A DNA stretch of 64,000 nucleotides, taken from NCBI GenBank assembly GCA_963726915.1, contig CAVSEA010000010.1, positions 31,223 to 95,222 of the forward strand, written 5' to 3'. The notes under the pieces are model-generated. The model was not told the DNA's origin and ran no database searches. It was given only the letters and a program-made list of their open reading frames with translations. A program made the translations under genes and the position numbers. The first letter of the stretch is position 1; each line of letters starts with the position of its first letter. Below are positions 48,999 to 59,370 of the stretch, in pieces. Origin of the DNA: an uncultured beta proteobacterium. Its GTDB lineage: Bacteria; Pseudomonadota; Gammaproteobacteria; Burkholderiales; Casimicrobiaceae.

Positions 48999-50752
48999 AA
49001 GCCGACGAAAGCGTTGCGTCGAATCCGTGGACGGCGCTGCAGGGGCAATGGCAGGCGCTCGGCCAGCAGTGGGCGCAGTGGTGGACGCGCGCGGCCGGCA
49101 GCCTTCCCGTGGGCGGCGGCCCGTTGGCCGAGTTCGGCAATTCATCGATTGCGCTGCCCGCGCTGCCCGCAGCCTGGATCGACCCCGCCGCTGCCGCAGC
49201 GCTCACCGAGCAGTTCAACCGGAAACTCGAAGCGCTCTGGCTCGCGACGGTCCAGGGCGCGCCGAAGGATGCTGCGGTTACGCACCGCGACCGCAGGTTC
49301 GCGACACGCGAATGGCAGGACCAGCCGTATTTCGCGCTGCTCAAGGACGCCTACCTGCTCTACGCCGAGTACATGAAGGAGTTGGCGGATCTGGCGCAGG
49401 CCGACGCCGCGGGCAAGAAGCGGCTCGAGTTCATCGTCCGCCAGTATCTCGACGCGATCGCGCCGTCGAACTTCCTCGCCACCAATCCGGATGCACTGAA
49501 GTTGGCGCTCGAATCCGGCGGGACGTCGCTGGCCCAGGGGCTGTCGAACCTGGCGACCGACGCGCAACGCGGCCGCATCGCGATGACCGACGAATCGGCG
49601 TTCGGCGTCGGCGTCAACCTCGCGGTAACTCCCGGCAGCGTGGTGTTTCGCAACGAGCTCATCGAGCTGATCCAGTACGCACCGACGACGAAGCAGGTAT
49701 TCCACCGCCCGCTGGTCATCATTCCGCCGTGCATCAACAAGTACTACATCCTCGACCTCCAGCCGGACAATTCCTTTGTTCGCTACGCTGTCGAACAGGG
49801 CCATACCGTGTTCATGGTCTCGTGGCGAAACATTCCGACCGCGCTCGGTTCGCTGAGCTGGGACGACTACCTCGAGGACGGCGTACTCACGGCGATCGAG
49901 CAAGTCCGCGCCATCACCGGCAGCAAGACCGTCAACACACTCGGCTTCTGCGTCGGCGGCACGCTGCTGGCGTCGGCGCTGGCGGTGCTCGCCGCAAGGC
50001 GCGCCAGTCCCGTCGCCAGCGTGACCTTGCTGACGACCATGCTCGACTTCAGCGACCCCGGCGACATCGGCGTTTATATCTCGCGCGACGCGCTCACCGC
50101 ACGCGAACCGATGCTGCGCTCCGGGCAGCGCGTCCAGGGGAGCGAACTCGCGGGGGCGTTCGCGAGCCTGCGCGCCAACGAGCTGGTCTGGAATTATGTC
50201 GTCGGCAACTATCTCAAGGGACAGACGCCTCCAGCATTCGACCTGCTGTACTGGAACGGCGACTCCTCGAATCTGCCCGGCCCCATGTATCTCGACTATG
50301 TCACCAACATGTACCTGGACAATCGGCTGCGCGAACCCGGCGCACTGAGCATGTGCGGGCAGCAGGTCGACCTGGGCCGCATCGCGTTGCCCGCGTACAT
50401 CTATGCATCGCGCGAGGATCACATCGTTCCCTGGCGCTCCGCCTACCAGACGGTCGGACTGCTCGGCGGCGATCCGACCTTCGTCCTCGGGGCTTCCGGG
50501 CACATTGCCGGCGTCATCAACCCGGCGTCAAAAAACCGCCGCAACTACTGGACCAACGAACTGCTCACCGACGACGCGGACGACTGGCTGGCGCGCGCCG
50601 ACTCCTGCCCCGGAAGCTGGTGGCCGCACTGGGCGGCGTGGCTCGCAGAGCACGGCGGCGCGCTTCACCCGGCACCGGCAAGGCAAGGCGATCCGCGGCA
50701 TCCGCCGCTCGATGCGGCGCCGGGCAGGTATGTCGCAGAACACGTCGACTAG
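48995..50752 (+). CDS. phaC: class I poly(R)-hydroxyalkanoate synthase PhaC
   Basis: Lipase box GFCVGG, plus the motifs RFATREWQD, PPCINKYYILDL and HIVPW. TTG start overlaps the upstream stop (TTGA). Confidence 0.9.
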   Translation: MKADESVASNPWTALQGQWQALGQQWAQWWTRAAGSLPVGGGPLAEFGNSSIALPALPAAWIDPAAAAALTEQFNRKLEALWLATVQGAPKDAAVTHRDRRFATREWQDQPYFALLKDAYLLYAEYMKELADLAQADAAGKKRLEFIVRQYLDAIAPSNFLATNPDALKLALESGGTSLAQGLSNLATDAQRGRIAMTDESAFGVGVNLAVTPGSVVFRNELIELIQYAPTTKQVFHRPLVIIPPCINKYYILDLQPDNSFVRYAVEQGHTVFMVSWRNIPTALGSLSWDDYLEDGVLTAIEQVRAITGSKTVNTLGFCVGGTLLASALAVLAARRASPVASVTLLTTMLDFSDPGDIGVYISRDALTAREPMLRSGQRVQGSELAGAFASLRANELVWNYVVGNYLKGQTPPAFDLLYWNGDSSNLPGPMYLDYVTNMYLDNRLREPGALSMCGQQVDLGRIALPAYIYASREDHIVPWRSAYQTVGLLGGDPTFVLGASGHIAGVINPASKNRRNYWTNELLTDDADDWLARADSCPGSWWPHWAAWLAEHGGALHPAPARQGDPRHPPLDAAPGRYVAEHVD

Positions 50753-50868
50753 GCCGCTGGCATTTTCCCGCGGTGCCCCAATTTGGCAGCCGTGCGTTAC
50801 CATAACGGCACAACATGTCCCCGGCGCCAAGCACGGGGCGTCGCATCCCCTCACTGACGGAGAAACGC

Positions 50869-52047
50869 ATGACCGACATCGTCATCGTCGCCGCGCTGCG
50901 CACCGGCATCGGCAAGTTCGGCGGCACCCTCGCCAAGACTCCTGCGCCCGAACTCGGCGCTACGGTCATCCGGGCTCTGCTCGCAAAGACCAACCTGAAA
51001 CCCGAGCAGATCTCCGAGGTCATCCTTGGGCAGGTGCTCACCGCAGGCAGCGGACAGAACCCGGCGCGGCAAGCGCTGATCAAGTCCGGGCTGCCGGTGG
51101 CCGTTCCGGCGATGACCATCAACAAGGTCTGCGGCTCCGGCCTGAAGGCGGTGATGCTCGCGGCACAGGCGGTGCGTTGCGGCGATGCCGACATCATCAT
51201 TGCCGGCGGCCAGGAGAACATGAGCGCATCTCCGCACGTGCTGCTAGGCTCGCGCGACGGTTTTCGCATGGGCGACGCGAAGCTCATCGACAGCATGATC
51301 GTCGACGGACTGTGGGACGTCTACAACCAGTACCACATGGGCACGACGGCGGAGAACGTTGCCAAGCAATACGGCATCGCCCGCGCGCAGCAGGACGAAT
51401 TCGCGGTGGCGAGCCAGAACAAGGCGGAGGCCGCGCAGAAGGCCGGCAAGTTCAAGGACGAGATCGTTCCGGTGATGATTCCGCAGCGCAAGGGCGATCC
51501 GGTCGCGTTCGCGAGCGACGAATTCATCAAGGCGGGAACGACGCTGGAATCGGTCAGCAGCCTCCGGCCCGCCTTTGCCAAGGACGGTTCGGTCACTGCG
51601 GCGAATGCCTCGGGTCTCAACGACGGCGGTGCCGCGGTCGTGGTCATGAGCGCCGAACGCGCGGCGCAACTGGGCTTGAAACCGCTGGCCAGGATCAAGG
51701 CCTTCGCGTCGTCGGGGGTCGATCCGGCGATCATGGGCATGGGACCGGTTCCGGCATCGCGGCGCTGTCTGGAAAAGGCCGGATGGAAGCCCGCGGATCT
51801 CGATCTGATGGAAATCAACGAGGCGTTTGCCGCGCAGGCCTGCGCCGTCAACAAGGAAATGGGCTGGGACACGAGCAAGATCAACGTCAACGGCGGGGCA
51901 ATCGCGCTGGGCCATCCAATCGGCGCGTCGGGTTGCCGCGTGCTGGTCACGTTGCTGCATGAGATGGCGCGCCGCGACGCCAAAAAAGGTCTGGCCTCGC
52001 TGTGCATCGGAGGCGGCATGGGCGTCGCCCTCGCAGTCGAGCGCTGA
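50869..52047 (+). CDS. phaA: acetyl-CoA acetyltransferase (beta-ketothiolase) PhaA
   Basis: Active-site Cys ([12 protein letters not shown]), [21 protein letters not shown] and CIGGGMG. Confidence 0.95.
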   Translation: MTDIVIVAALRTGIGKFGGTLAKTPAPELGATVIRALLAKTNLKPEQISEVILGQVLTAGSGQNPARQALIKSGLPVAVPAMTINKVCGSGLKAVMLAAQAVRCGDADIIIAGGQENMSASPHVLLGSRDGFRMGDAKLIDSMIVDGLWDVYNQYHMGTTAENVAKQYGIARAQQDEFAVASQNKAEAAQKAGKFKDEIVPVMIPQRKGDPVAFASDEFIKAGTTLESVSSLRPAFAKDGSVTAANASGLNDGGAAVVVMSAERAAQLGLKPLARIKAFASSGVDPAIMGMGPVPASRRCLEKAGWKPADLDLMEINEAFAAQACAVNKEMGWDTSKINVNGGAIALGHPIGASGCRVLVTLLHEMARRDAKKGLASLCIGGGMGVALAVER

Positions 52048-52069
52048 CGTTGATGAGGCAAATGAACTA

Positions 52070-52109
52070 GGGGTCAGACCCCAATTCGACAAAACCGGGG
52101 TCTGACCCC
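52070..52109. repeat. perfect 13-bp inverted repeat (REP-like) in the phaA-phaB spacer
   Basis: GGGGTCAGACCCC-14 nt-GGGGTCTGACCCC. Confidence 0.9.
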
Positions 52110-52127
52110 AAAAAAAGGAGCGAGAAA

Positions 52128-52881
52128 ATGGCACAAGACAAGCATCGCGTCGCGCTGGTGACTGGTGGAATGGGCGGCCTGGGGGAGGCAATCTGCGTCA
52201 AACTTGCTGCACTTGGCTACACCGTGGTGACGACGCACTCGCCGGGCAATACCAAGGCGCAGGAATGGCTGGCTTCGATGAACAAGGATGGCAACGAGGT
52301 TCCACGCGTATCCCTGCGACGTGGTCGACTGGGCGTCCTGCGTCGCCTGCGTCGCGCAGGTGGTCAAGGAGGTGGGCCCGGTCGACGTGCTGGTGAACAA
52401 CGCCGGCATCACGCGCGACATGACCTTCAAGAAGATGGACAAGGCGAACTGGGACGCCGTCATCAAGACCAATCTCGACTCCTGTTTCAACATGACCAAG
52501 CAAGTGTGCGACGGCATGCTCGATCGCGGCTGGGGACGCATCATCAACATTTCGTCGGTGAATGGCCAGAAAGGCGCGTTCGGTCAAGTCAACTATTCCG
52601 CGGCCAAGGCGGGCATGCACGGCTTCACCAAGGCGCTGGCGCTCGAAGTCGCGAGGAAGGGCGTCACCGTCAACACGATTTCACCCGGCTACATCGGTAC
52701 GAAAATGGTCATGGCGATCCCGCAGGAAGTGCTCGATTCCAAGATCATTCCGCAGATCCCGATGGGACGGCTCGGCAAGCCCGACGAGATCGCCGGCCTC
52801 GTCGCCTACCTGTCGAGCGAGGAAGCGGCGTTCGTCACCGGCGCGAATATCGCCATCAACGGCGGGCAGCACATGTTCTAA
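52128..52881 (+). pseudogene. phaB: acetoacetyl-CoA reductase PhaB, frame broken once (about 52298)
   Basis: VTGGMGGLGEAI is in register 0. The rest (FHAYPCDVVDW..NNAGITRD..SSVNGQKGAFGQVNYSAAKAG..PGYIGT) is in register 1. Length is 3n+1. Confidence 0.9.
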
Positions 52882-52986
52882 CCATTCAAAACTGACGCGC
52901 GGGGAGGCGCGGCACCGGCGTCGAGGAGAGGGTCATGCGTTGCGACCAACGCCCCTGCCTCGTCGTCGCGACGAAAGGAGGAGATC

Positions 52987-53877
52987 TTGGGCTCATCGCG
53001 AGACCTATGCGCGTCCGGAATCGATCGCACGTCCGGGCGCGTTCCCGAGCCGCTTCTGTCGAGCCGTTCGCGACAATGGAACGGCATCGTGGTCGATCTT
53101 TACCGGGTGCGGGACGTCGATTTCGTCAAGCCCGTCTCCGCACACGTGGTCACCGTCTTCCTGCGTGGCCCTGTCGATCTCTTTCAACGTCGAAACGGAC
53201 GCGCTATCCAGCGGACGATACACGCGGGGGACGTCATCGTCACACCGGCGGGCGAGGCGAAGGCATTGCAGCACAAGGAAGAAGCCGAGCTGGTGAAGCT
53301 GCAGGTCGCGCCGTCGTTCGTGGCCGGCATAAGCGATGATCTGGTTGCAGGCGGCTCGCAAGGGGTAGAACTGCTGGACAACTTCGGCACGCGCGATGCC
53401 TACATCGAAGATCTGGCACGGCGCTTCGTCGGGGAACTCCGGGCCGACAACCTCGCCGGCAGGCTATACGCCGAGTCGCTAGCCACCGGACTCGCCGTCC
53501 ATTTGTTGCGAAACTATTCGACGGCAAGCAGGGTCGCCAACGGCTCATCGCACATGCTGCCTCGATTCAAGCTGCAGCGCGTGACCGATTACATCAACGA
53601 CAACCTGCACGATGACCTGACGCTCGCAACGATGTCGGCGAACCTGTCCATGAGCCCTTTCCATTTTGCCCACGCGTTCAGGGAGACGACCGGAATGGCG
53701 CCGCATCGCTTTGTGATCCAATGTCGCATCGACCGCGCCAAGACACTTCTTTGTGAAACCGATCTGTCGATCGCCGAAATCGCGCATCAGGTCGGGTATT
53801 CCAACCAGGGCAATTTCTCCGTTGTCTTCCACCGGCTCACCGGCCGCACGCCGCGGAGCTACCGCAGCGAAGCATAG
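52987..53877 (+). CDS. AraC family transcriptional regulator
   Basis: Cupin-like N-domain and a C-terminal double HTH (LTLATMSANLSMSPFHFAHAFRETTG...IAEIAHQVGYSNQGNFSVVFHRLTGRTP). Confidence 0.8.
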   Translation: MGSSRDLCASGIDRTSGRVPEPLLSSRSRQWNGIVVDLYRVRDVDFVKPVSAHVVTVFLRGPVDLFQRRNGRAIQRTIHAGDVIVTPAGEAKALQHKEEAELVKLQVAPSFVAGISDDLVAGGSQGVELLDNFGTRDAYIEDLARRFVGELRADNLAGRLYAESLATGLAVHLLRNYSTASRVANGSSHMLPRFKLQRVTDYINDNLHDDLTLATMSANLSMSPFHFAHAFRETTGMAPHRFVIQCRIDRAKTLLCETDLSIAEIAHQVGYSNQGNFSVVFHRLTGRTPRSYRSEA

Positions 53878-54232
53878 GCGCGCTTCACCTGTCGCCCCGC
53901 GACCAGTGGGAGGCGCAATTCGAGGAGCACTCGGACCGGCGAGGTGCCGCGCGGGCCATGGACGACCGGCCGCGTCTCACCTAACGAGACGTTCCGATCA
54001 CTCGGGCGGAATGGGCGGCCGCCTTGGGCGTATCTGCCCATGGTCACGCGCGAAGCCAGCGGTATCGTCGAAGAATTTTACAAATGAGACCCTGACCCTT
54101 CCGGTCCATCGCTTCCTGCATCGTCTTTGTTGTTGTTTTTATTGTCGAAACATGTTGTCGTGCACGATTGTTGCTTCTGGGCTTGGCTGGATCAGAACCG
54201 GCGATCCCTAACAAAACAATTCGGAGGCATAG

Positions 54233-54871
54233 ATGACGACAGTGACCAAGGCATCGGCAGCAGCGGATTCGCGTCAATCGGTCGCGATGTCGACGGCACG
54301 CGCTTTGCAGCGCGTCGCTATCGTCGTCGCCGCGGGTTTTGCCGTCGCAGCGGCGGCGCCTGCGCATGCCGGCCCCAATCTCGTGACCAATGGGGGCTTC
54401 GAGACCGGTGACTTCTCCGGCTGGACACCGACCGGTGATTCCGTATTCAATGGAGTGCAGTGCCCGGGCCCGAGTTCCGTCGTGTTCGAAGGCAATTGCA
54501 GCGCGTTCTTCGGGCCGGTCGGGGACCTTGGCGGGATAAGCCAGGTGGTGGGCGGCCTGACCGTGGGCGAGACCTACGCTATCTCGTTCGCATTTGAACC
54601 GGACGGCGGCATTACATCCAGCTTTTCCGCGTCGTTCGGCGCTGCGACCCTCATCAGTTTGTCGAATCCTGCCGCCAGCCCCTATCACCTCTTTAGCTTC
54701 TTCCCTAAAGCAACGGCGACCTCGGAAACCCTAGCCTTCAGCTTCCGCGACGATCCTGGCTTCCTCAACCTCGACGCCGTCTCTGTTGCAATTCCAGAGC
54801 CTGCGACCTTGGCGTTGCTTGGTATCGGTCTCGCTGGCCTGTGGGCAGGCCAAAGGCGCAAGACGCAGTAA
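54233..54871 (+). CDS. PEP-CTERM sorting domain-containing secreted protein
   Basis: Signal peptide, and a C-terminal IPEPATLALLGIGLAGLWAGQRRK (PEP motif, TM helix, basic tail). Confidence 0.8.
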   Translation: MTTVTKASAAADSRQSVAMSTARALQRVAIVVAAGFAVAAAAPAHAGPNLVTNGGFETGDFSGWTPTGDSVFNGVQCPGPSSVVFEGNCSAFFGPVGDLGGISQVVGGLTVGETYAISFAFEPDGGITSSFSASFGAATLISLSNPAASPYHLFSFFPKATATSETLAFSFRDDPGFLNLDAVSVAIPEPATLALLGIGLAGLWAGQRRKTQ

Positions 54872-54895
54872 CGTCGAGACCTCGCCTGTATGCAA

Positions 54896-54919
54896 ACGGC
54901 GGCCGCGGCCGCCGTTTTC
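54896..54919 (+). terminator. rho-independent terminator after the PEP-CTERM gene
   Basis: Stem ACGGCGGCC-gc-GGCCGCCGT followed by TTTT. Confidence 0.75.
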
Positions 54920-54964
54920 ATTGGTGCACCAGCAGAGCGCGCCGCACCGACGGAAAAGGCAGGG

Positions 54965-55363
54965 CTAATCTCGCTTTGCTTGGCTGAATAGTGCGACCGA
55001 CTCGAGCTCCTCGCCGCTCTGAAGCGTAATGCGCGCTTTCAACCTGTCTCCCGGAACCGGCTCGATGCCCGGCGCCGTAAACTTGTGGGAGCCTGAATGG
55101 ACCAGCTTCACTTCCTTTGCGGGACGCTGCGGAGAGATAAGCGTCAATGTTCCCGTGAGGTTCTCGGTCGCAAGCGGCTTGCCTGCTTCGTCGTCGACGT
55201 ACAGGTTGAGCGTGCCCTTCTCCATGACGAATTCGACCACAATCTCGTCGTTGCCCCGCCCCACGGTTCCGCCGTGCGTCGATGGGTGGTCGCCATGTGC
55301 GCAGGCGATCCCGAACGCGAGCAGATTGAAAACCGACGCGACTGCCAAGGCGAGCGTCTTCAT
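54965..55363 (-). CDS. small periplasmic protein of unknown function, His-rich mature N-terminus
   Basis: SD GGAGAG, signal peptide MKTLALAVASVFNLLAFGIACA, and a mature start HGDHPSTHGG. Confidence 0.6.
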   Translation of the reverse strand: MKTLALAVASVFNLLAFGIACAHGDHPSTHGGTVGRGNDEIVVEFVMEKGTLNLYVDDEAGKPLATENLTGTLTLISPQRPAKEVKLVHSGSHKFTAPGIEPVPGDRLKARITLQSGEELESVALFSQAKRD

Positions 55364-55544
55364 TGGATTCTCTCCTGCATCGGACCCAGACGGGTCGCGT
55401 AGTGACCGGCTGGTGCGAGAAAGACCGGCTCGACGCATTCCGCGTCGAGCCGGCCCGTTCTGTTGCAAACGAGGGACTCCCGGATTCAGCCCAAGAAGTC
55501 TCGCGGCCTCAGCATCGGTTGGTCCCTCTTCCCCGTTCGCACCG

Positions 55545-57225
55545 TTATTGGATAGGGGGACAACTGCTACCCGAGGCGACGATCGCTGCCGCACATCCGA
55601 ACAATTGCAGGATATCCATTCCCGCGCCATTGCGGTCGACGATATAGATGTTGCCGCGATTGTCGACTTCGGCATTGTTGGTCATGTAGCCCGCCGGGTC
55701 CGTGTTGGCGTTGGCTTCCGGAACGTAGAACGCCACCTGCGTCGGAGTGTACGGCTCGCGGATGTCCCAGACGCGCAGGCCGCCGTTGAAATACGCAATG
55801 GTCGTCAGCTTGCCATACAGTGGATTGTTGAAATTCTCCTCGGTGGAGTGGGTGCCGAAGCGTGCTCCGCGGCCGCAATAGTTCCCGCGTGGATATCTTT
55901 CGCCGAATTGCGGCTGGACCCACATCGTCGCCAGCCCCATCGGACCTTGGTAAGGGTCGTGCTGCACCCTGGTGCCAGGCGGCGCGGTCATCGAGTTTTC
56001 GACAGTCACGTCCACGAGGAAGGTCGGGTGCGGCGCCTCGTTGCAGCGGCCACCTACGCCATCGGCCGTCGCTTCCGAGGCTAGCAACACGATGTCACGC
56101 GTCTGGAACTCGTTGTATCTCGAGAAGCTCGGCGGCTGCAATCCGAAGACCGGCATCGACGTATGACCGCCTTGATCGGGCGACATTAGGTAATAGCCGA
56201 CGGTCGGTGAGTTCGGTCCAATCAATTCCGACTCGAGCGGAGAGTCCTTGCTGTTGTCCGTCGCCGGAACCCATGTGCCTCCGTAAGCTTCCGGAAGCAA
56301 CTTCTTGCGGTCGATGATGGTCATCACGCCGTCATCGCCGACGCCCCACGCCGCGTAGATACGGTTGCCGATGACGTCGTTATCGGTGGCGCCGCGCGCC
56401 AGCCTCTGCGACGCCTTCGGGTGCTCGTGCGCGGAGATCGCACCGTGCAGCGAATTGGGCGTTGCTCCCGTTCCCGTCGGTTGTCCGCCCGGCAGACCGA
56501 AGGTGCGGATGTAGACCGGCGGGTCAGCCGAATGCGGATTGCTCCAATCATAGATAAGCATCGCCTGCGACTGGCGCCACAGCGGCGTGCCGGACACGAT
56601 GACGGAGTTCTTGCTGCCGGGCATGTACGCGATGCCGGTGTTGCACTCCCACCAGTCCTTGTGCGTCGAGCGAATGTTCCGGAGCGCCTTCAGAAGCACG
56701 GGCGCCGTCGACATCGGTCACATCCCATAACTCATACCCGGCGCCAGTACCGCCCTGAACGTTGCGCAGCAGGTAGACCTCGCCTGACGTACCGCCTGGA
56801 AGCACGGAACCCAGGCACATGCGCACCATTTGCGACTGCCCTCCGGTCGGCGACGGGATGAGGGACTTCTCGACCGGGTTCGCCGGATCGGAGACGTCGA
56901 TGATCATTGTCCCGTTGTTCTCGCACGGTGACCCGGGCTTCAGCGGATTCGGCAGGGTGTTGTTGGGGCAGCCTCCGACAAGGCCTCGCGGATTGCCGCT
57001 GTGCTGGCCGACGAACAATATCGTGCGTCCGTCGGGATAGTCGATGACGTTCGGCTGGTAAGTGGGGCGACCCTGCAGGTCGGTGTGGCCCACTCGATTG
57101 ATGTTCTTCCGCTCGCCGCTCTGGGTGACTTGAGCCTGCGCGTTACCGGCGACCAATGCGAGTGCGAGGGCACCTGACAGCGCTGTGAGTTGCAGTTTGT
57201 TGCCCCGAACGAGTGACGCGTACAT
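55545..57225 (-). pseudogene. secreted beta-propeller (LVIVD-repeat-like) protein, frame broken once (about 56719)
   Basis: Signal peptide ...LALVAGNAQAQ. Repeated blade-like segments end in GNIYIVDRNGAGMDIL. The two halves join as YELWDVTDV / TAPVLLKALRN. The family call is tentative. Confidence 0.6.
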
Positions 57226-57296
57226 TTTTTTCCTCCTTTAGTCACGGTCAACCACAATTACAAGAAGTACGTGCGACGTAGCCACGGGTGCACCCG

Positions 57297-57737
57297 TTAC
57301 CGCTGTACTCCCAACACGCGGTGCTTGTGATCGAATTGCACGATCCTGCCATCCGCATAGCGCCAGTTCGAGACGCGACCGCCGCTGGCAGGCTCGTCCT
57401 CAACCATTTCCTCCGGCTCGCCCCAGAGCGCCTTTACCTCGTCGGAGGTCATGCCAACGCGGAGCTCGTTCGCAGTGGATGCGACCTTGGCTGGCGCCGT
57501 GTTCGACTTTGTCGTGCTCGAATCGGTGGGCGGCGAATTTGGCTTGGTTGCTGGCGGACTGGATGCCACCGAACCGATCGAGTCGATGTGGCAAGGGAAA
57601 TTCTGATAAAGCGGCGTGCCATCCTTGGCAATGCATTTGAATATCTCCGCCGAAATCGCCGGCGAGGCACTGAACGCCGACGCGATGATCAATGCGGCGA
57701 ATCGGCGGCTACGTCCATCATGTGCTGAATGGCGCAC
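57297..57737 (-). CDS. DUF4124-like secreted protein
   Basis: Signal peptide, then the IFKCIAKDGTPLYQNFPC motif typical of DUF4124. GTG start assumed. Confidence 0.55.
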   Translation of the reverse strand: MRHSAHDGRSRRFAALIIASAFSASPAISAEIFKCIAKDGTPLYQNFPCHIDSIGSVASSPPATKPNSPPTDSSTTKSNTAPAKVASTANELRVGMTSDEVKALWGEPEEMVEDEPASGGRVSNWRYADGRIVQFDHKHRVLGVQR

Positions 57738-58316
57738 GTCTCGTCTTCCTCCTTGACACGCCCCAGGTCGACGCGCTCGTTCAATCTTGTCAGAGCCACA
57801 CCACCTGTATGTTGCAGACACTGCAGCTGCTACCCACCCGGCTCGATTGGAGGCCCTGCCGTTGCGGACCCGCGCCCAGCCCTTAACATATTTGCAGTTC
57901 GGATCACGCAAGGCCCTAGTATTTCGCGGACTAAATGCAAAATATGAACATTAGGGAAGCGAAGTCTAGCCGGAGGTGTCAGGAAGCGCTTTTGTGTTCT
58001 TGCTAAAACGTTTCAAATCTTGCGTATTGGTGCTCTACACATTGACCGGCATGTCCGGCCCGGGCCAGCGTCCGATATTTCGATCTCCGTAAACATGTTT
58101 CCGAAAAATGTGACCTGCCGCTATGTCGGCCCGATCAGATTATCGGGCGCTATCCGGCGCTGGATGGTGGCGACCCAGTGGTCGCGAATTGCTGCACGAA
58201 ACTTGCGCGTCAGTGGTCAAGTACGAGACTCGTGCCCGCGCGCGCCACGAACACCCGATGCTGAGAAGGTTTGGCGACGTCTCATCCGTTGATACTTCGG
58301 CACGGTGCGCCGGCAA

Positions 58317-58340
58317 AGCCCGCAGCGATGCGGGCTTTTT
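58317..58340 (+). terminator. plus-strand intrinsic terminator with no annotated upstream gene
   Basis: Stem AGCCCGC-agcgat-GCGGGCT followed by TTTT. Confidence 0.65.
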
Positions 58341-58350
58341 CCTTGGGGCG

Positions 58351-58379
58351 AAAAAAAGCCCCGACATTGCTGTCGGGGC
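58351..58379 (-). terminator. rho-independent terminator downstream of phaP
   Basis: Stem GCCCCGACA-ttgc-TGTCGGGGC, followed on the minus strand by seven T. Confidence 0.75.
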
Positions 58380-58531
58380 TGAGGCTGTTGGCTTTAGGAG
58401 GAGGAAAAGCCAGCAGGCTGTATCACCTCAACTACGGTTGAAACTCATCGAAGCGATACAGAAGGAGACATCAACAACAATGTAGGGACTGCTCCTCCGC
58501 TTTCAAGTTCCCAGTTATATCAGGTGAAGCT

Positions 58532-59095
58532 TTACGCAGCCTTGCGACCCTTGGTCGTCGTCGTCGCGGCCTTGGCAACGTTCGCGGCATTCGCGGACGC
58601 AGCGCGCATCGAGGCGTCGGCGAAGCTGACAACCTGCTTGGTGGCCTTCGAGAACTGGTCGAATGCAGCGGTCGTGGCCGCAACGGTCGACTTCAGCGCC
58701 GTCACTGCAACGTCGGAGCCGGCCGGCGCATTCTTCGCCGCCTTCTCAACCCACGCCGCCATACCCTTGGTGTACGTCGCGAAGGCTTGTTCGGCAAACG
58801 CCGAGAATTCAGCCTGGGTTTCCGACGCGAGTTGGTAGACGCCACGCGAGTAGCCCAGCGCGGTCTGCACGCCGGCTTCGGTCAGCTTGGCGCGAACCGC
58901 CACCAGCTCCTGCACGTCCTTGATCCCGGCAACCGCGTTGGCGGAGTAGACACCTTGTTCCAGCGCCACCTTGGCGGCCTGGAGGTTGAGCTTGGTCAGG
59001 CGCTCGGCCTTTTCCAGCGAGAGCGACGCCAGCTTGACGGCGTTGTCGTAACCAACCTTGTTGATTTCAGCGAATTGTTCAGAGGCGTTGTACAT
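58532..59095 (-). CDS. phaP: phasin (PHA granule-associated protein)
   Basis: Ala-rich helical protein of 187 aa with a typical phasin N-terminus (MYNASEQFAEINKVGYDNAVKLASLSLEKAERLTKLNLQAAK). SD GGAAAGGA. Divergent to phaR. Confidence 0.85.
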   Translation of the reverse strand: MYNASEQFAEINKVGYDNAVKLASLSLEKAERLTKLNLQAAKVALEQGVYSANAVAGIKDVQELVAVRAKLTEAGVQTALGYSRGVYQLASETQAEFSAFAEQAFATYTKGMAAWVEKAAKNAPAGSDVAVTALKSTVAATTAAFDQFSKATKQVVSFADASMRAASANAANVAKAATTTTKGRKAA

Positions 59096-59370
59096 GGTGG
59101 ATCCTTTCCCGTTGAGGTTATGTAGGACCCTAAACGGGCCCTCCTTCGTCACTTGCGCGGGGCCGTCTGAGGCCGCTTATACTGCACTTTGTGGCCCCGC
59201 TGAACTTCATTTGCTGCACCGCACAATTCGAATTATGGGGATGGGCAGAACCCAAGTCAAGACTTTTTTTGTGCATTGCACCAAATGGCTGGGCCCGCAT
59301 TGCCTACGGGTTTCAAACACCCAAATAAATCAGTGGGTTATAATTTGCCCTTCGCACCAGGGAGCTGTCC

